Source: Bacillota bacterium
GTDB lineage: Bacteria > Bacillota > Clostridia > RUG12999
Reading direction: 5' to 3'
Length of the DNA stretch: 64,000 nucleotides
Assembly (NCBI GenBank): GCA_030705675.1
Contig: JAUZPZ010000001.1
Location: 364 to 64,363, forward strand
Shown: one piece after another, positions 1 to 8,196 of the stretch
Layout: every line of letters begins with the position of its first letter
How positions within the stretch are numbered: the stretch's first letter is position 1
Program-made: the position numbers and the translations under genes
Notes under the pieces: model-generated
Seen by the model: the letters and a program-made list of their open reading frames with translations, nothing else
What the model was told of the DNA's origin: nothing
The model's database searches: none

Positions 1-133
1 TTGTGTCTCGTCGTTATCTCCAAAAAGCTTTCAGTTTTTCGGAGACACCAATTCCGTTGAAAATAGGTTTGGAGATATTATTATAATAAGTAGCATTATT
101 ATATAATAAAAGCTTTACTAAACAATTAAATAA

Positions 134-209
134 GGGCGCATAGCTCAGCTGGGAGAGCATCTGCCTTACAAGCAGAGGGTCATAGGTTCGAGCCCTATTG
201 TGCCCACCA
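134..209 (+). tRNA. tRNA-Val (anticodon UAC), CCA encoded
   Basis: Hand-folded cloverleaf: acceptor GGGCGCA/TGTGCCC, anticodon stem TCTGC/GCAGA with loop CTTACAA, T-arm ATAGG-TTCGAGC-CCTAT, 3' ACCA. Confidence 0.9.
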
Positions 210-214
210 AAAAA

Positions 215-252
215 GAAAGCATATATGAAGCGCATATATGCTTTCTTTTTTT
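215..252 (+). terminator. Rho-independent terminator after tRNA-Val
   Basis: 13-bp stem GAAAGCATATATG/CATATATGCTTTC followed by a T7 run. Confidence 0.8.
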
Positions 253-1064
253 AGCTCTTTATTATCAATAGCTGAAGCGAAAACTTTTGGCATAAATACT
301 GTTCAGAGATGTATACAGAGAAATTTATGTGAGGGGCTACAGCAAGAATTGCTGTAGCCCCTAGTGAATTTTCCAAAGCAAGGTAGTCTGTCCACACAAA
401 ATCCGCAATGTATTTTATCTTTAATCTGTATGTCCGCAATATTTTCAAACCGAGTTGATTTTGTTGCTTTTAACTATAAAATAAGCAACTGCCAGCACCG
501 CAAAAGTTGCAAACCACCATCGCTAGGAAAAAATAAAGCAGACAAATAAATTTAAGTTTTACTATACAGTATGCAATCGCTTCTTTATCGCCTGAAAGAT
601 ATATATTAAATAGCGGGTGTGCAAATAAGTATATTGTCACACCCGAAATAATTGCCGTAACTATACTTGAGAAAAAGTTTCTTATATCACGGGCAAAAAT
701 GAACTATGCAAGAACAAATCAAAATAATTAATCATAGAATTGGAGACTTAGAAAAATAGAAGGTACATATTGTAAAAAGATTAAAATTAAGCCCGGAGGA
801 ACGGGCAGCAGAAAAAGAACGTAAGGCAAATTCGACAAACATTACAAAAGATCTGACGTCAAAAGTTTTGACCACCTGAAAGATGTATTCAGGCTAATAG
901 TAGAAAAAATATTTGAAAACGATTTAACAGGCGCCATTAACATACCCGCACTTTTATATTATAAGTTAAGGGATGAAACCCATAAAATGGATTTCATCCC
1001 TGCAAAGTACTTCGGTTATATTATCATTTTGGAGTTTACACAAAATGAGGGATATACCCAAAGA

Positions 1065-1095
1065 AAAAATGCATCCTGATATGGATGCATTTTTG
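1065..1095 (-). terminator. Hairpin terminator downstream of the zinc-ribbon gene
   Basis: AAAAATGCATCC-loop-GGATGCATTTTT; A/T runs on both sides so it could act in either direction. Confidence 0.6.
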
Positions 1096-1106
1096 TAAGT
1101 TAACTT

Positions 1107-1379
1107 TTATCTTTTAAAGCAATCGCTGCAATATACAGGACGATCATTTTTAGGTTCGAAAGGAACTTTACATGATTTTCCGCACTGTGCGCAAACTGCA
1201 TCATACATCTGGCGAGACCCGTTATTTTCGCGAGAACGGCTTTTTTTTGAATCACGGCATGCTTTGCAGCGCTGGGGTTCATTGGTAAAACCTTTTTCAG
1301 CGAAAAATTCCTGCTCACTAGCAGTAAAAGTAAATTGTTGTCCACAATCCTTGCAGACTAAAGTTTTGTCATTGTACAT
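1107..1379 (-). CDS. Small zinc-ribbon protein with two CxxC...CxxC clusters
   Basis: 90 aa ORF; CKDCG...CKAC and CAQCG...CSDC pairs separated by a basic SKKSRSRE linker. Confidence 0.7.
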   Translation of the reverse strand: MYNDKTLVCKDCGQQFTFTASEQEFFAEKGFTNEPQRCKACRDSKKSRSRENNGSRQMYDAVCAQCGKSCKVPFEPKNDRPVYCSDCFKR

Positions 1380-1561
1380 GAGATACCTCTTTTTAATTAT
1401 TTATATAGTGCGTTTCTACACTATATAAATAATTATATCATATCTTTAAGCGTTTGTCAATAGGTTACAACAATTTAGTGGAACATTTTTTATTTTTAAG
1501 GAAAGTATCATCCATCATTGAAAATTGAACACAAAAAAATAACTAAAAAACAAAAAATCTC

Positions 1562-1590
1562 TTGACAAGTTTGGCTAAGTGTGCTATAAT
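1562..1590 (+). promoter_or_regulatory. Consensus sigma-70/SigA promoter for tRNA-Leu
   Basis: TTGACA (1562-1567), 17-nt spacer, TATAAT (1585-1590), about 22 nt upstream of the tRNA 5' end. Confidence 0.8.
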
Positions 1591-1612
1591 ATATAACGTT
1601 GAGACAATACAT

Positions 1613-1699
1613 GCAGACGTGGCGGAATTGGCAGACGCGCTAGATTAAGGTTCTAGTGTCCACCATAACATGAGGGTTCAAGTCCCTCCGTCTGTACCA
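1613..1699 (+). tRNA. tRNA-Leu (class II, long variable arm); the anticodon loop TTAAGGT reads as AAG
   Basis: Acceptor GCAGACG/CGTCTGT (G1-U72), anticodon stem CTAGA/TCTAG, long variable arm, T-arm GAGGG-TTCAAGT-CCCTC, 3' ACCA. Confidence 0.8.
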
Positions 1700-1703
1700 A
1701 ATA

Positions 1704-1746
1704 AGAACCGTAAGGCTGATACAATGCCTTGCGGTTCTTTATTTTT
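1704..1746 (+). terminator. Rho-independent terminator after tRNA-Leu
   Basis: AAGAACCGTAAGGC / GCCTTGCGGTTCTT stem followed by TATTTTT. Confidence 0.75.
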
Positions 1747-1787
1747 GTTCGGTTACAAAAAGAGCCTTATTTATCGAGGTTTATGCT

Positions 1788-1964
1788 ACCTTTCGTGTAA
1801 TAGTGCTATCAGGCAGAGGTTGAAACTTTTATCTGGCAGCACATTTTTATGCCCATTTTCACCGTTGCAGTAAGCTTTCCGAGAAAAAGTGTAACCGCAA
1901 TTATTCGTACTGACCTTTCGTGTCAACAGTACACCTTTCGTGTCAAGGGTTCGACCTTTCATGT
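1788..1964. repeat. Left junction repeats: ACCTTTCGTGT motif x4 plus AGTGTAACCG 10-mer (candidate attL)
   Basis: ACCTTTCGTGT at 1788, 1913 and 1933; ACCTTTCATGT at 1954 (20-21 nt period). AGTGTAACCG at 1888-1897. The same 10-mer and the 13-mer TGACCTTTCGTGT recur at 59807-59862. Confidence 0.55.
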
Positions 1965-2019
1965 AAAAGTATAAAAAACATCCGCAGATTGAGTTTTTAC
2001 TCTCAGCCTGCGGATGTTC

Positions 2020-3621
2020 TTATTCTATCGACCACTTAACTTCGGTGCCTCCCTTGAACTCAAAGACGATGTTCTCCTTTGAGAAAACGGTGACATTTTC
2101 GATTACGGTACACCATAAGGTTTCATCAAATTCTGTAAGTAGACGGCCATTCTTTTTGATGGACTTGAGGAAGTCCTCAATTTGACCTTTTCGAATATTT
2201 CTCTTGGAAATCTCCTCGATGGTGACATCAAGCTGCTCTTTTGCTACCCTGTACCTATTTGCAAGAGATTCATATTTTTCTGCGTAGATTTGTGGGTCAA
2301 CCGAAATATGAGCGTTTTCATCCACGCACTTTCTTATAATTTCGGTAACCACCGCACATTCTTCCGTCAGCCTTGCCACATCAATCTCCAACTTTGTGGT
2401 GTCAATGACCGTATCGATTGCCACCCTACAGTTCTTGATAATTTCTGCTCGGTTGGTGATGCAACTATTGAAAGCACCAAGAAAAGCTTCCTTGATTACA
2501 GCCTCCCGTAATGCCGGAGTTGTGCATTTTTTCCCCTTGCGGTTCTTTTTGTTGTATTTATCATTGCACTGATACATGATGGTTCGATATTTATCGTTGG
2601 AGTGCCACACCTTGGAACCATACATCCCTCCACAGTGACCGCAAAAAATTCGGGTGGAAAAGATGCCGTTTGAACTGTAGTTTTTTCCGAATTTCTTTCT
2701 GCGTTCGTATTCGTATTGGACTAAGCCGAATACCTCCGGCGAGACGATTTCTTCGTGGCTTCCTTCTACATAGTATTGCGGTACCTCACCCTGGTTGATT
2801 TTCCTCTTTTTTGATAAAAAGTCGACTGTATATTGCTTTTGCAGCAGGGCATCACCTTTGTACTTCTCGTTTGTAAGGATGCTTTCCACCGTGGAACTCT
2901 GCCATATCCTTTTCTTTCCCGGAGTCGGAATGCCTTCATCCGTCAGATACTTGGCAATTTTATTGGATGCCCATCCCTCAAGATAAAAGCGGTAAATCAT
3001 TCGAACAATTTTTGCCTCTTCCTCAACAACCTCCGGGCGCCCATCCTCACCGCGTTTATACCCGAGAAACTGTTTGTACGGCAGGCTGACCTTGCCGTCC
3101 GCAAACCGCTTGCGTTGTCCCCAGGTGACATTCTCCGAAATGGAGCGGCTTTCTTCCTGTGCGATGGAAGACATAATGGTGATAAGTAGTTCGCCCTTAC
3201 TGTCGAGGGTGTAGATGTTCTCCTTCTCAAAGAATACTTCCACACCTTTTTCCTTGAGTTTTCTGACCATTGTAAGTGTGTCGATGGTGTTACGGGCAAA
3301 ACGGCTGATGGACTTGGTGACAATGAGGTCAATCCTTCCGGCAAGAGCGTCGGCTATCATCAACTGGAATCCGGCGCGGTGCTTTGTGCTTGTACCTGAA
3401 ATGCCCTCATCGGAATAAACCTTGACAAATGTCCATTCAGGATGTTCTGCGATGTATTTGGTATAATAATCTACCTGTGCCTCGAAACTGGTGAACTGCT
3501 CATCCGAGTCCGTTGAAACACGGGCATAAGCTGCAACGCGCCGTTTGATACCTCCCTCTGTAACTTGCGAGGAAAACTTCGGCTTGATGGCGGGTATCAT
3601 TGTGATTTTCTTTTTAGCCAT
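2020..3621 (-). CDS. Large serine recombinase (integrase), 533 aa
   Basis: N-terminal resolvase motifs RVAAYARVSTDSDEQ and SISRFARN, a recombinase domain, a CGHCGG...C zinc ribbon and a C-terminal coiled coil. Confidence 0.9.
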   Translation of the reverse strand: MAKKKITMIPAIKPKFSSQVTEGGIKRRVAAYARVSTDSDEQFTSFEAQVDYYTKYIAEHPEWTFVKVYSDEGISGTSTKHRAGFQLMIADALAGRIDLIVTKSISRFARNTIDTLTMVRKLKEKGVEVFFEKENIYTLDSKGELLITIMSSIAQEESRSISENVTWGQRKRFADGKVSLPYKQFLGYKRGEDGRPEVVEEEAKIVRMIYRFYLEGWASNKIAKYLTDEGIPTPGKKRIWQSSTVESILTNEKYKGDALLQKQYTVDFLSKKRKINQGEVPQYYVEGSHEEIVSPEVFGLVQYEYERRKKFGKNYSSNGIFSTRIFCGHCGGMYGSKVWHSNDKYRTIMYQCNDKYNKKNRKGKKCTTPALREAVIKEAFLGAFNSCITNRAEIIKNCRVAIDTVIDTTKLEIDVARLTEECAVVTEIIRKCVDENAHISVDPQIYAEKYESLANRYRVAKEQLDVTIEEISKRNIRKGQIEDFLKSIKKNGRLLTEFDETLWCTVIENVTVFSKENIVFEFKGGTEVKWSIE

Positions 3622-4864
3622 TCAAGAGTCTCCTTTCTCTTGCTTTCTGTTTCATTTCAAGAGTCCAACTCTCGGAACGGGAACGGTTCTGCCAAGTGCG
3701 TACTGTTTCTGTTCCATCCGGTAGCACTATTTTTACGGTATTGGCACACGGGATGCGAATTTCGCTGAACTCCGTGCTTCCGACTAGTTCCTTCAGTATT
3801 TCCTCCGGGATTTGTTGCGATGGGCAGTAGGCTTTGCCGAGGCGGTTAAATGTTCCGCAAATCCACACAACCTTTTCGCCAGCTACTACCTTTCGGCGAT
3901 AGTGAGCGCCACATTGTTCGCATACGATTTTCTTTGTGAAGTCGGACTGTGTCATCGGTTTCATATCTGTGGCATACTTTTTTGCCCTGCGTTTGATTTC
4001 TTCCTGAACCTTACGAAAGGTTTCCCTGTCGATAATCGGCTCGTGGGCATCCTCTATGTAGTATTTCGGAAGTTGACCTTTGTTGCGACGGGTTTTCTTT
4101 GTGATGTGGTTTTCACGGTACGTCTTCTGCAGCAGAATATCACCAACATATTTTTCATTTGTCAAAATCCGACGCATGGTCGATTCTCTCCATTGACCGC
4201 CGTTGATTGTAGGATAACCTTCCTCCATGAGCATTTTGCATATTGCAAGCAGACCCATGCCGGAAAGATATGAGTTGAAAATCAAACGGACAACCTCGGC
4301 TTCCTCGGGGATTATTATGAAAGTGTCGCCGTCAAGGTAATACCCAAGCAATCTTGTATAAGTAGGCTGTCCGTCTTCGAAATTCTTACGGATTTTCCAT
4401 TTTTGATTTTCACTTGCCGACAGGCTTTCTTCCTGGGCGAAAGATGCAAGAATCGTAAGCATAAACTCTCCGTCACCGCTCAAGGAGTGGATGTTTTCCT
4501 TTTCAAACCATACATCCACACCGTATTCTTTCAGCAAGCGGACTGTCTCAAGTGTTGTGACCGTGTTGCGGGCAAAGCGGGAAAGTGACTTTGTAAGAAC
4601 AATATCAATCTTTTCCTTCTTGCAATCCGCAATCAACCGCCTAAACTCCGGGCGACTATCCTTGGTGCCGGTGAAAGCCTCGTCCGCATAAACTCCGGCA
4701 TACTCCCAGTCTTTGTTTCTGTGTATTAAACCGCTGTAGAATGACACCTGGGAAGCAAGCGAGTGGAGTGCCTCGTCTTTTCCGCTTGAAACACGGGCAT
4801 AGGCAGCCACGCGTTTTTGCAACGGAAGTATTGCTTCTTTTGAATCAATAAATGTTACATTCAT
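3614..4864 (-). CDS. Large serine recombinase, 416 aa, second copy
   Basis: RVAAYARVSSGKDE and SLSRFARN catalytic motifs, CEQCGAHY zinc ribbon; overlaps the downstream recombinase gene by 8 nt. Confidence 0.9.
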   Translation of the reverse strand: MNVTFIDSKEAILPLQKRVAAYARVSSGKDEALHSLASQVSFYSGLIHRNKDWEYAGVYADEAFTGTKDSRPEFRRLIADCKKEKIDIVLTKSLSRFARNTVTTLETVRLLKEYGVDVWFEKENIHSLSGDGEFMLTILASFAQEESLSASENQKWKIRKNFEDGQPTYTRLLGYYLDGDTFIIIPEEAEVVRLIFNSYLSGMGLLAICKMLMEEGYPTINGGQWRESTMRRILTNEKYVGDILLQKTYRENHITKKTRRNKGQLPKYYIEDAHEPIIDRETFRKVQEEIKRRAKKYATDMKPMTQSDFTKKIVCEQCGAHYRRKVVAGEKVVWICGTFNRLGKAYCPSQQIPEEILKELVGSTEFSEIRIPCANTVKIVLPDGTETVRTWQNRSRSESWTLEMKQKARERRLLNG

Positions 4865-5133
4865 TCTTTTTCATCGTTCTCCGTTTCTTCGTAAAGTGTT
4901 TCGATAATGGAATCATACTTTTTCAGCAAGCGCCTTTTTACAGTAGCAAGCTCTCTTGCCGTCAACAAACCATCTGCACGAAGCGCACAGACAATCCGAA
5001 GGCAAATTTGATAATTCCGTTCCGCACGGTGCTGTGCGGGCGTCAGATTCTTGCCTTTGCGTCTCAAAAGTTGCTCGCCTGGATTGTTGAAAACAATATG
5101 TGGAACAGAATTTTCTTTCTTTTTTCTTGTCAT
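4861..5133 (-). CDS. Small recombinase-associated protein (hypothetical)
   Basis: 90 aa. Its C-terminal GLLTARELATVKRRLLKKYD resembles GLITKSDYRKLNTIIAKNYG of ORF 5505..5741. It overlaps the 3' tail of ORF 4913..5443 out of frame. Confidence 0.5.
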   Translation of the reverse strand: MTRKKKENSVPHIVFNNPGEQLLRRKGKNLTPAQHRAERNYQICLRIVCALRADGLLTARELATVKRRLLKKYDSIIETLYEETENDEKE

Positions 5134-5443
5134 CTTCTAACTCCTTTCCACAGAACTGGCAAACATATGTGGTCATTGATTTCCATTGGTGTTCGTACTT
5201 GTGTTTGCTCCACCATTTTATTCGGCAAGCATCGGAACAAAATCTTTTTGGCTTTACGTGCGGTGTTTGGGCTATTGATTTCCCGCATTCCGCACACATA
5301 CCGTGCGATGCCTCTTTATTTGGCAAGCGTCGTAAGAAAGACCTCACGGTGCTTAGATTCATGTTGAGTGTTGACGCGATTCTTTTATAACCGTAGCCTT
5401 TCTGAACAAGAGCCAAAATACTTGATTTCTCAGTATTATTCAC
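4913..5443 (-). CDS. HTH (sigma-70 region 4-like) plus Cys-cluster DNA-binding protein
   Basis: GYGYKRIASTLNMNLSTVRSFL HTH, CAECG...RFCSDACRIKWW and CQFCG...KFCSTYC; paralog of 5647..6072. The last ~50 codons have no counterpart in the paralog. Confidence 0.6.
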   Translation of the reverse strand: MNNTEKSSILALVQKGYGYKRIASTLNMNLSTVRSFLRRLPNKEASHGMCAECGKSIAQTPHVKPKRFCSDACRIKWWSKHKYEHQWKSMTTYVCQFCGKELEDDKKKERKFCSTYCFQQSRRATFETQRQESDARTAPCGTELSNLPSDCLCASCRWFVDGKRACYCKKALAEKV

Positions 5444-5504
5444 AAGTCATACCTCCTTTCCAGTGTCACATATTAACTCTAAAAAGAAGATATATCCAGT
5501 CATT

Positions 5505-5741
5505 TCACCATAATAAACTACCAGAAATTGAACCGTAATTTTTGGCTATAATTGTATTCAATTTTCGGTAATCCGACTTTGTGATTAGGCCGGATTCAAG
5601 CATTTTTCTGAAGATACTGTCGGATAAAGCATAGTTCTTTTCGGATTCAAACTGTTCTGCTGTCATCGGCTGTTTCTTCCATACCAAATCTCCGGCTGAC
5701 ATAGCAGGCGTGACTACAGTATTTTCTGTTTTTGCTTCCAT
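5505..5741 (-). CDS. Small recombinase-module protein (hypothetical)
   Basis: 78 aa ORF; internal Met candidates at 5702 and 5666 would reduce the overlap with 5647..6072. Confidence 0.5.
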   Translation of the reverse strand: MEAKTENTVVTPAMSAGDLVWKKQPMTAEQFESEKNYALSDSIFRKMLESGLITKSDYRKLNTIIAKNYGSISGSLLW

Positions 5742-6072
5742 ACGAAATGAGCTCCTCTCCGCAACCTTCGCACAAACTGCGAGTAAATGCTTTCTTATTC
5801 TGTAAATCCCGGTTATCGTTCCACCACTTGATACGGCACTTGTCAGAACAAAACCTTCGTGGTTTTACTTTCTGCCTTTGCGTAATTGACGCTCCGCAAC
5901 ACGGACATATATCATTCTGTTCTTGTTCTTCAATATCGGCATTCGTCAAGCCATGGCGAAAACAATATGTTTTTACGGTTCCGATTTTCAAGCCGAGTTC
6001 CGCTGCCACGGATTGATAATCTTTCCTGGCAACACGGAGCCGATGTATCAATTGTTTTTGTTCAGTTGTCAT
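5647..6072 (-). CDS. HTH (sigma-70 region 4-like) plus Cys-cluster DNA-binding protein
   Basis: YQSVAAELGLKIGTVKTYCFRH HTH, CPCCG...RFCSDKCRIKWW, CEGCG...KYCSHAC; AAGGAGG RBS upstream of the ATG. Confidence 0.7.
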   Translation of the reverse strand: MTTEQKQLIHRLRVARKDYQSVAAELGLKIGTVKTYCFRHGLTNADIEEQEQNDICPCCGASITQRQKVKPRRFCSDKCRIKWWNDNRDLQNKKAFTRSLCEGCGEELISYGSKNRKYCSHACYVSRRFGMEETADDSRTV

Positions 6073-6087
6073 ATTGATTCGCCTCCT

Positions 6088-6117
6088 TACTACAAGCCGA
6101 AAAAGTCAACCCCTCGT
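6088..6117 (-). promoter_or_regulatory. Copy 1 of a conserved ~30-nt intergenic motif (minus strand: GGGGTTGACTTTTTCGGCTTGTAGT)
   Basis: Near-identical copies at 39709-39738 and 41458-41487; lies immediately 5' of the RBS of ORF 5647..6072. Confidence 0.5.
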
Positions 6118-6156
6118 CATACGAATAAAAGGAGACGCTTTTGGAATCCTTTATGG

Positions 6157-6195
6157 TAAAAAAAATGCCCGCCGAAGAAAAAATCCTCGACGGGC
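6157..6195 (-). terminator. Rho-independent terminator ending the late/lysis operon
   Basis: Minus strand GCCCGTCGAGG-loop-CTTCGGCGGGC followed by T8, about 105 nt downstream of the endolysin stop. Confidence 0.7.
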
Positions 6196-6299
6196 GTAAT
6201 ACGTGGAACTTTACTGCTATATTTAATGAAGGCATCAGTGAAGTCGGCCACCTAAACTTTTGGAGCATAATATGAGTAAAACTCGTCCACAGGCATTGG

Positions 6300-6935
6300 T
6301 TATATGTTTTTATCTATTATAAACTTTACTGTTTTTCTTGCAAGCCAGTATACATTACTGTCCTCTTCCAACTTTCCAAGCCATAAACTGCTGTCGGAGA
6401 TGATTCCCCGATGTGCGAGTTCCCAAACGATATCATTAACGCTTGTAAGTTCGGCAGGCTCAGATATGTTCTGCTTGAATTTACTCCATAGCGCCCAATT
6501 ATCGGTACTCATGGATGCCGGGCAGTTCTTACGGCTTGCGTCATAGTGGCGCACCACATGGTAAATATCAATACCCAGTTCAACCATAAGGCTTTTTGTC
6601 AGCTCAACGGCATTAGCAAAGGCGGCATTGTACTCTCCGTCAGAATTGACACAAATTTCAATGCCCACAGAATTTGCGTTTGTGATGCCATACTTTCCGC
6701 CGCCGTCACCGCAGTGCCAGGTGTAATAGGTATTGTAATCATTGGCCTGCAGTATTTGCTTATCATCTACGAAAAAATCCGCTGATGCCTGCCTGTCACC
6801 GCCGTTGAAGTAATTAAAATGGGCATCGGCGTTCGCGCCTTTGCCCGTGTTTCCGGTGTCGTGGACCACCATATACTGGATTGCGCCTGTCCGCTTGGTT
6901 CGGTTGTACGCAATCTGCTTTTTATTGATTGTCAT
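6300..6935 (-). CDS. Endolysin, N-acetylmuramoyl-L-alanine amidase (Amidase_2/PGRP type)
   Basis: IQYMVVHDTGNTGKGANADAHFNYF...ASADFFVDD...HCGD...SVGIEIC motifs; located directly after the holin. Confidence 0.85.
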   Translation of the reverse strand: MTINKKQIAYNRTKRTGAIQYMVVHDTGNTGKGANADAHFNYFNGGDRQASADFFVDDKQILQANDYNTYYTWHCGDGGGKYGITNANSVGIEICVNSDGEYNAAFANAVELTKSLMVELGIDIYHVVRHYDASRKNCPASMSTDNWALWSKFKQNISEPAELTSVNDIVWELAHRGIISDSSLWLGKLEEDSNVYWLARKTVKFIIDKNI

Positions 6936-7323
6936 TACTGTCGTCCTCCTTTAATTTTGCAAGCGCATTTTTTAGCGATTTCGGCAAGGGCAGTCCAAGT
7001 TGACCCCAGTTTTCAATAATTGAAAAGCCTTCATTCGCTATATAATAGGAAATGGCGGCCGTCCTTAAAATAACGGTACCGCCAAGCACCAGCTGGTCAA
7101 GTTGCGTGGCTACCACTACAATAAGCAAGATACCTATTTTCTTAACGCCGCCAACATAAAAGACACTTGAGCTAAACTCTTTATTAGCCCAAGACTTAAT
7201 GAACCCACTAATAAAATCGATCACGATAAATATCAGTAGGATGCTCATCAGCGTATCCATTCCGCCGAAGATATACGAAAATAGACCGCACAACCCGGCA
7301 TAAAACATCTTTAATTTTTCCAT
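6922..7323 (-). CDS. Holin (phage_holin_4-like)
   Basis: 133 aa with three hydrophobic segments and the IANEGFSIIENWGQLGLPLP motif typical of Firmicute holins; overlaps the endolysin start. Confidence 0.8.
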   Translation of the reverse strand: MEKLKMFYAGLCGLFSYIFGGMDTLMSILLIFIVIDFISGFIKSWANKEFSSSVFYVGGVKKIGILLIVVVATQLDQLVLGGTVILRTAAISYYIANEGFSIIENWGQLGLPLPKSLKNALAKLKEDDSNDNQ

Positions 7324-7339
7324 AATACAAAATACCTCC

Positions 7340-8194
7340 TTAAGATTTGTAAATCTGCAGCCAGCTTTCGCTTGCGGCAGCGGAATAATATTGCGTGACC
7401 GATATATAATACAGGCTCCCGCTCGTTAAAGCGAAAGCCTGAGAATAAAAATAGCCATCCGATATTTGGTTGAAGTTGCTGTCATACAGCCGGATTTCAT
7501 GATCACCGGAAACCGTCTTTTGCGTAATCATGTAATTCGCCGTTGAGCCCGGTGTAAATTCAAAGACCTTCATCTGCTCCGAGGTGGATTTGAAGTATCC
7601 TGAATATACCTTAGGAAGTGAAACCAGTGCGCCATCCACATTAACGAGAATGTCCTTAGCTTTAGTCAGCACACCTCCGATATTCACAAAGGTTTCACTG
7701 ACGTTTTGGGTAATGCCGTATCGATTTGGAAATATGCCGTACAGAAACTCTCCTGTTGTCATATCCGCTGTTGTTAAGCTCTCACTGATTGTCAGCTGTT
7801 CCACGCCGAACCAGCTGCTCCAAGTCCGGCTGCTGCCCGGATTTGAGGACGGAACAACGGCAAACTGCGTGATATTGTAGTTTGAGATATTGCAGTCAAT
7901 GGTGTATTTCCCATCCGACGGCATGGTGAATGTGAGGACATCCGTCCACCCATAGCTTTGACGGTACACCATGAAGTCCCATGAAAGTCCGTAAATCGTG
8001 CCAGAGCCAGTGTTGGTCACCTCAACTTCAATTTTGATGTGGCTGCAGCCCGGCACGGCATTATTGAACACCATAGGGTAGGTGTAGCAGCCGTTCAGGG
8101 TTGATCTGCTTGTTGACCATTGGTTTCCGTATTTTGATGTACTATTGTAACCGCAATAGGGGTAATCGTATTTAAAAGAAATTGTTCGGCTCAT
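7340..8194 (-). CDS. Phage tail fibre-associated / receptor-binding protein (hypothetical)
   Basis: ORF 7340..8260. The ATG at 8194 (MSRTISF) follows the upstream stop by 2 nt. Placed distal to the tail-fibre genes. Confidence 0.55.
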   Translation of the reverse strand: MSRTISFKYDYPYCGYNSTSKYGNQWSTSRSTLNGCYTYPMVFNNAVPGCSHIKIEVEVTNTGSGTIYGLSWDFMVYRQSYGWTDVLTFTMPSDGKYTIDCNISNYNITQFAVVPSSNPGSSRTWSSWFGVEQLTISESLTTADMTTGEFLYGIFPNRYGITQNVSETFVNIGGVLTKAKDILVNVDGALVSLPKVYSGYFKSTSEQMKVFEFTPGSTANYMITQKTVSGDHEIRLYDSNFNQISDGYFYSQAFALTSGSLYYISVTQYYSAAASESWLQIYKS

Positions 8195-8196
8195 GG

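Noticed and set aside
14-235. ORF 14..235 (-) and ORF 1670..1873 (+) from the six-frame track
   Set aside because: Both overlap well-folded tRNA genes and their terminators and have no RBS, so they are read-through artefacts.
251-549. ORFs 251..448 (-) and 364..549 (+)
   Set aside because: They overlap each other and a 14-bp perfect hairpin, and they have no RBS and no recognisable motifs.
1613-1923. tRNA-Leu 3' end as the integration site
   Set aside because: The junction repeats start ~190 nt beyond the tRNA and its terminator and share no sequence with the tRNA. In addition, the recombinases are serine-type, not tyrosine integrases.
6088-6117. Reading the three-copy motif as an ordinary sigma-70 promoter because it contains TTGACT
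   Set aside because: The best -10-like hexamers are only 11 nt from the TTGACT. In two copies the RBS follows within 2-5 nt, leaving no room for a normal -10 and 5' UTR. It is kept only as an unexplained conserved motif.
6062-6268. ORF 6062..6268 (-)
   Set aside because: It spans the late-operon terminator hairpin and the conserved intergenic motif, so it is more plausibly non-coding control DNA.
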